A DNA stretch of 64,000 nucleotides from Phoronis australis (Eukaryota; Animalia; Phoronida), in the NCBI GenBank assembly GCA_002633005.1, contig NMRA01000037.1:1296872-1360871 (forward strand), in the 5' to 3' direction. The notes under the pieces are model-generated. The model did not search any database, was not told where the DNA came from, and was given only the letters and a program-made list of their open reading frames with translations. A program made the position numbers and the translations under genes. Shown piece after piece: positions 63,401-64,000 of this stretch. Position 1 is the first letter of the stretch. Each line of letters starts with the position of its first letter.

Positions 63401-64000
63401 CAATCGGAATGTTGAATGTGTGGAGATCAAGTCAGTCCATCAGGAATGCAAAAAGTGCTTATTTTCTTTGCAAAGTTGTACAAGGAAGCTAATTTGGTAG
63501 TTTTATTGCAGCACCATGTGAAGATTTTAATTAGAAGTTTGAGGGAAACAATTCGATGTCTTATCAATGAGAAACGGGCGATGATGAACCAAAGCTGTGC
63601 AATAGAGATATAAAAAAAGAAAAACTTTAGTAGGTGGAATTCTCAAATAATAGACTAGATGCAGTTTTTACAGGTGGCAGTTGTGAGGTGAAGTAGGTTG
63701 TGGAGCATCAGGAGAATGGCCATGATTCATCACCAAACAATGAGGAAGTCGTAACCAAAGAAAGACTTCCATTATTCCAAATGATTATTTGTTTTTCGAA
63801 TTACTTACAAATTGCCACGTCATTGTACGTTAGGTGATAGCAAAAGTACAGTGTCACACAGGAAATTTGGAGGTTTAAGTGAAAGATTGAAGATAGAATT
63901 TGGGAGTCAGTTGGGAAACTACGACTCTTGTCACGTTAACAGGAGCCTTAGAATTGCGTGGGAGATCAGCTAAGTAGAATATGAAAATGTACAATATTTG
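57470..64000. repeat. ~2-kb-unit tandem array (macrosatellite-like), 4+ copies, running off the window end
   Basis: The marker ggcactctcg(c/t)tcaatttggcacc occurs at ~57545, 58818, 60822 and 62811. Duplicated ORF pairs are offset by 1988 bp (59921/61909, 59955/61943). The first copy is shorter and more diverged; another diverged restart begins near 63830. Confidence 0.92.

Noticed and set aside
57470-64000. 2-kb array as rDNA, 5S, histone or spliced-leader cluster
   Set aside because: No recognisable rRNA, snRNA or histone sequence. The short ORFs have no recognisable motifs and are not kept intact in all units.

Overview
This is eukaryotic (metazoan, probably invertebrate) DNA with GT-AG introns; I found no prokaryotic features, CRISPR arrays or recognisable rRNA/tRNA genes. 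Two genes lie tail-to-tail. (1) On the + strand are the last nine coding exons of an acyl-CoA synthetase short-chain family member 3 (ACSS3/PrpE-like) gene (1000-37314), phase-consistent and totalling 879 nt. The 5' splice site of its penultimate exon is amplified into a 7 x 42-bp array, and copy 2 carries an in-frame stop. (2) On the - strand is a giant galaxin-like Cys-Cys repeat gene with a single ~12.6-kb terminal coding exon (53869-41296, ~4,190 aa) and two likely small upstream exons. It is built from hierarchical 13/78/156-aa repeats with an Asp-rich core and more basic, aromatic ends. The ACSS3 introns are packed with transposons. A decayed BEL/Pao LTR retrotransposon hosts Kolobok-like (TTAA), pogo-like (TA) and hAT-like (5-, 6- and 8-bp TSD) elements, plus Helentron/DINE-1-like elements carrying many CTCF-like motifs; at 13.2-17.6 kb these nest five levels deep. 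The window ends in a ~2-kb-unit tandem array (57.5-64 kb) of unknown function. All calls come from manual reading. Family names are by motif recognition, not database search.
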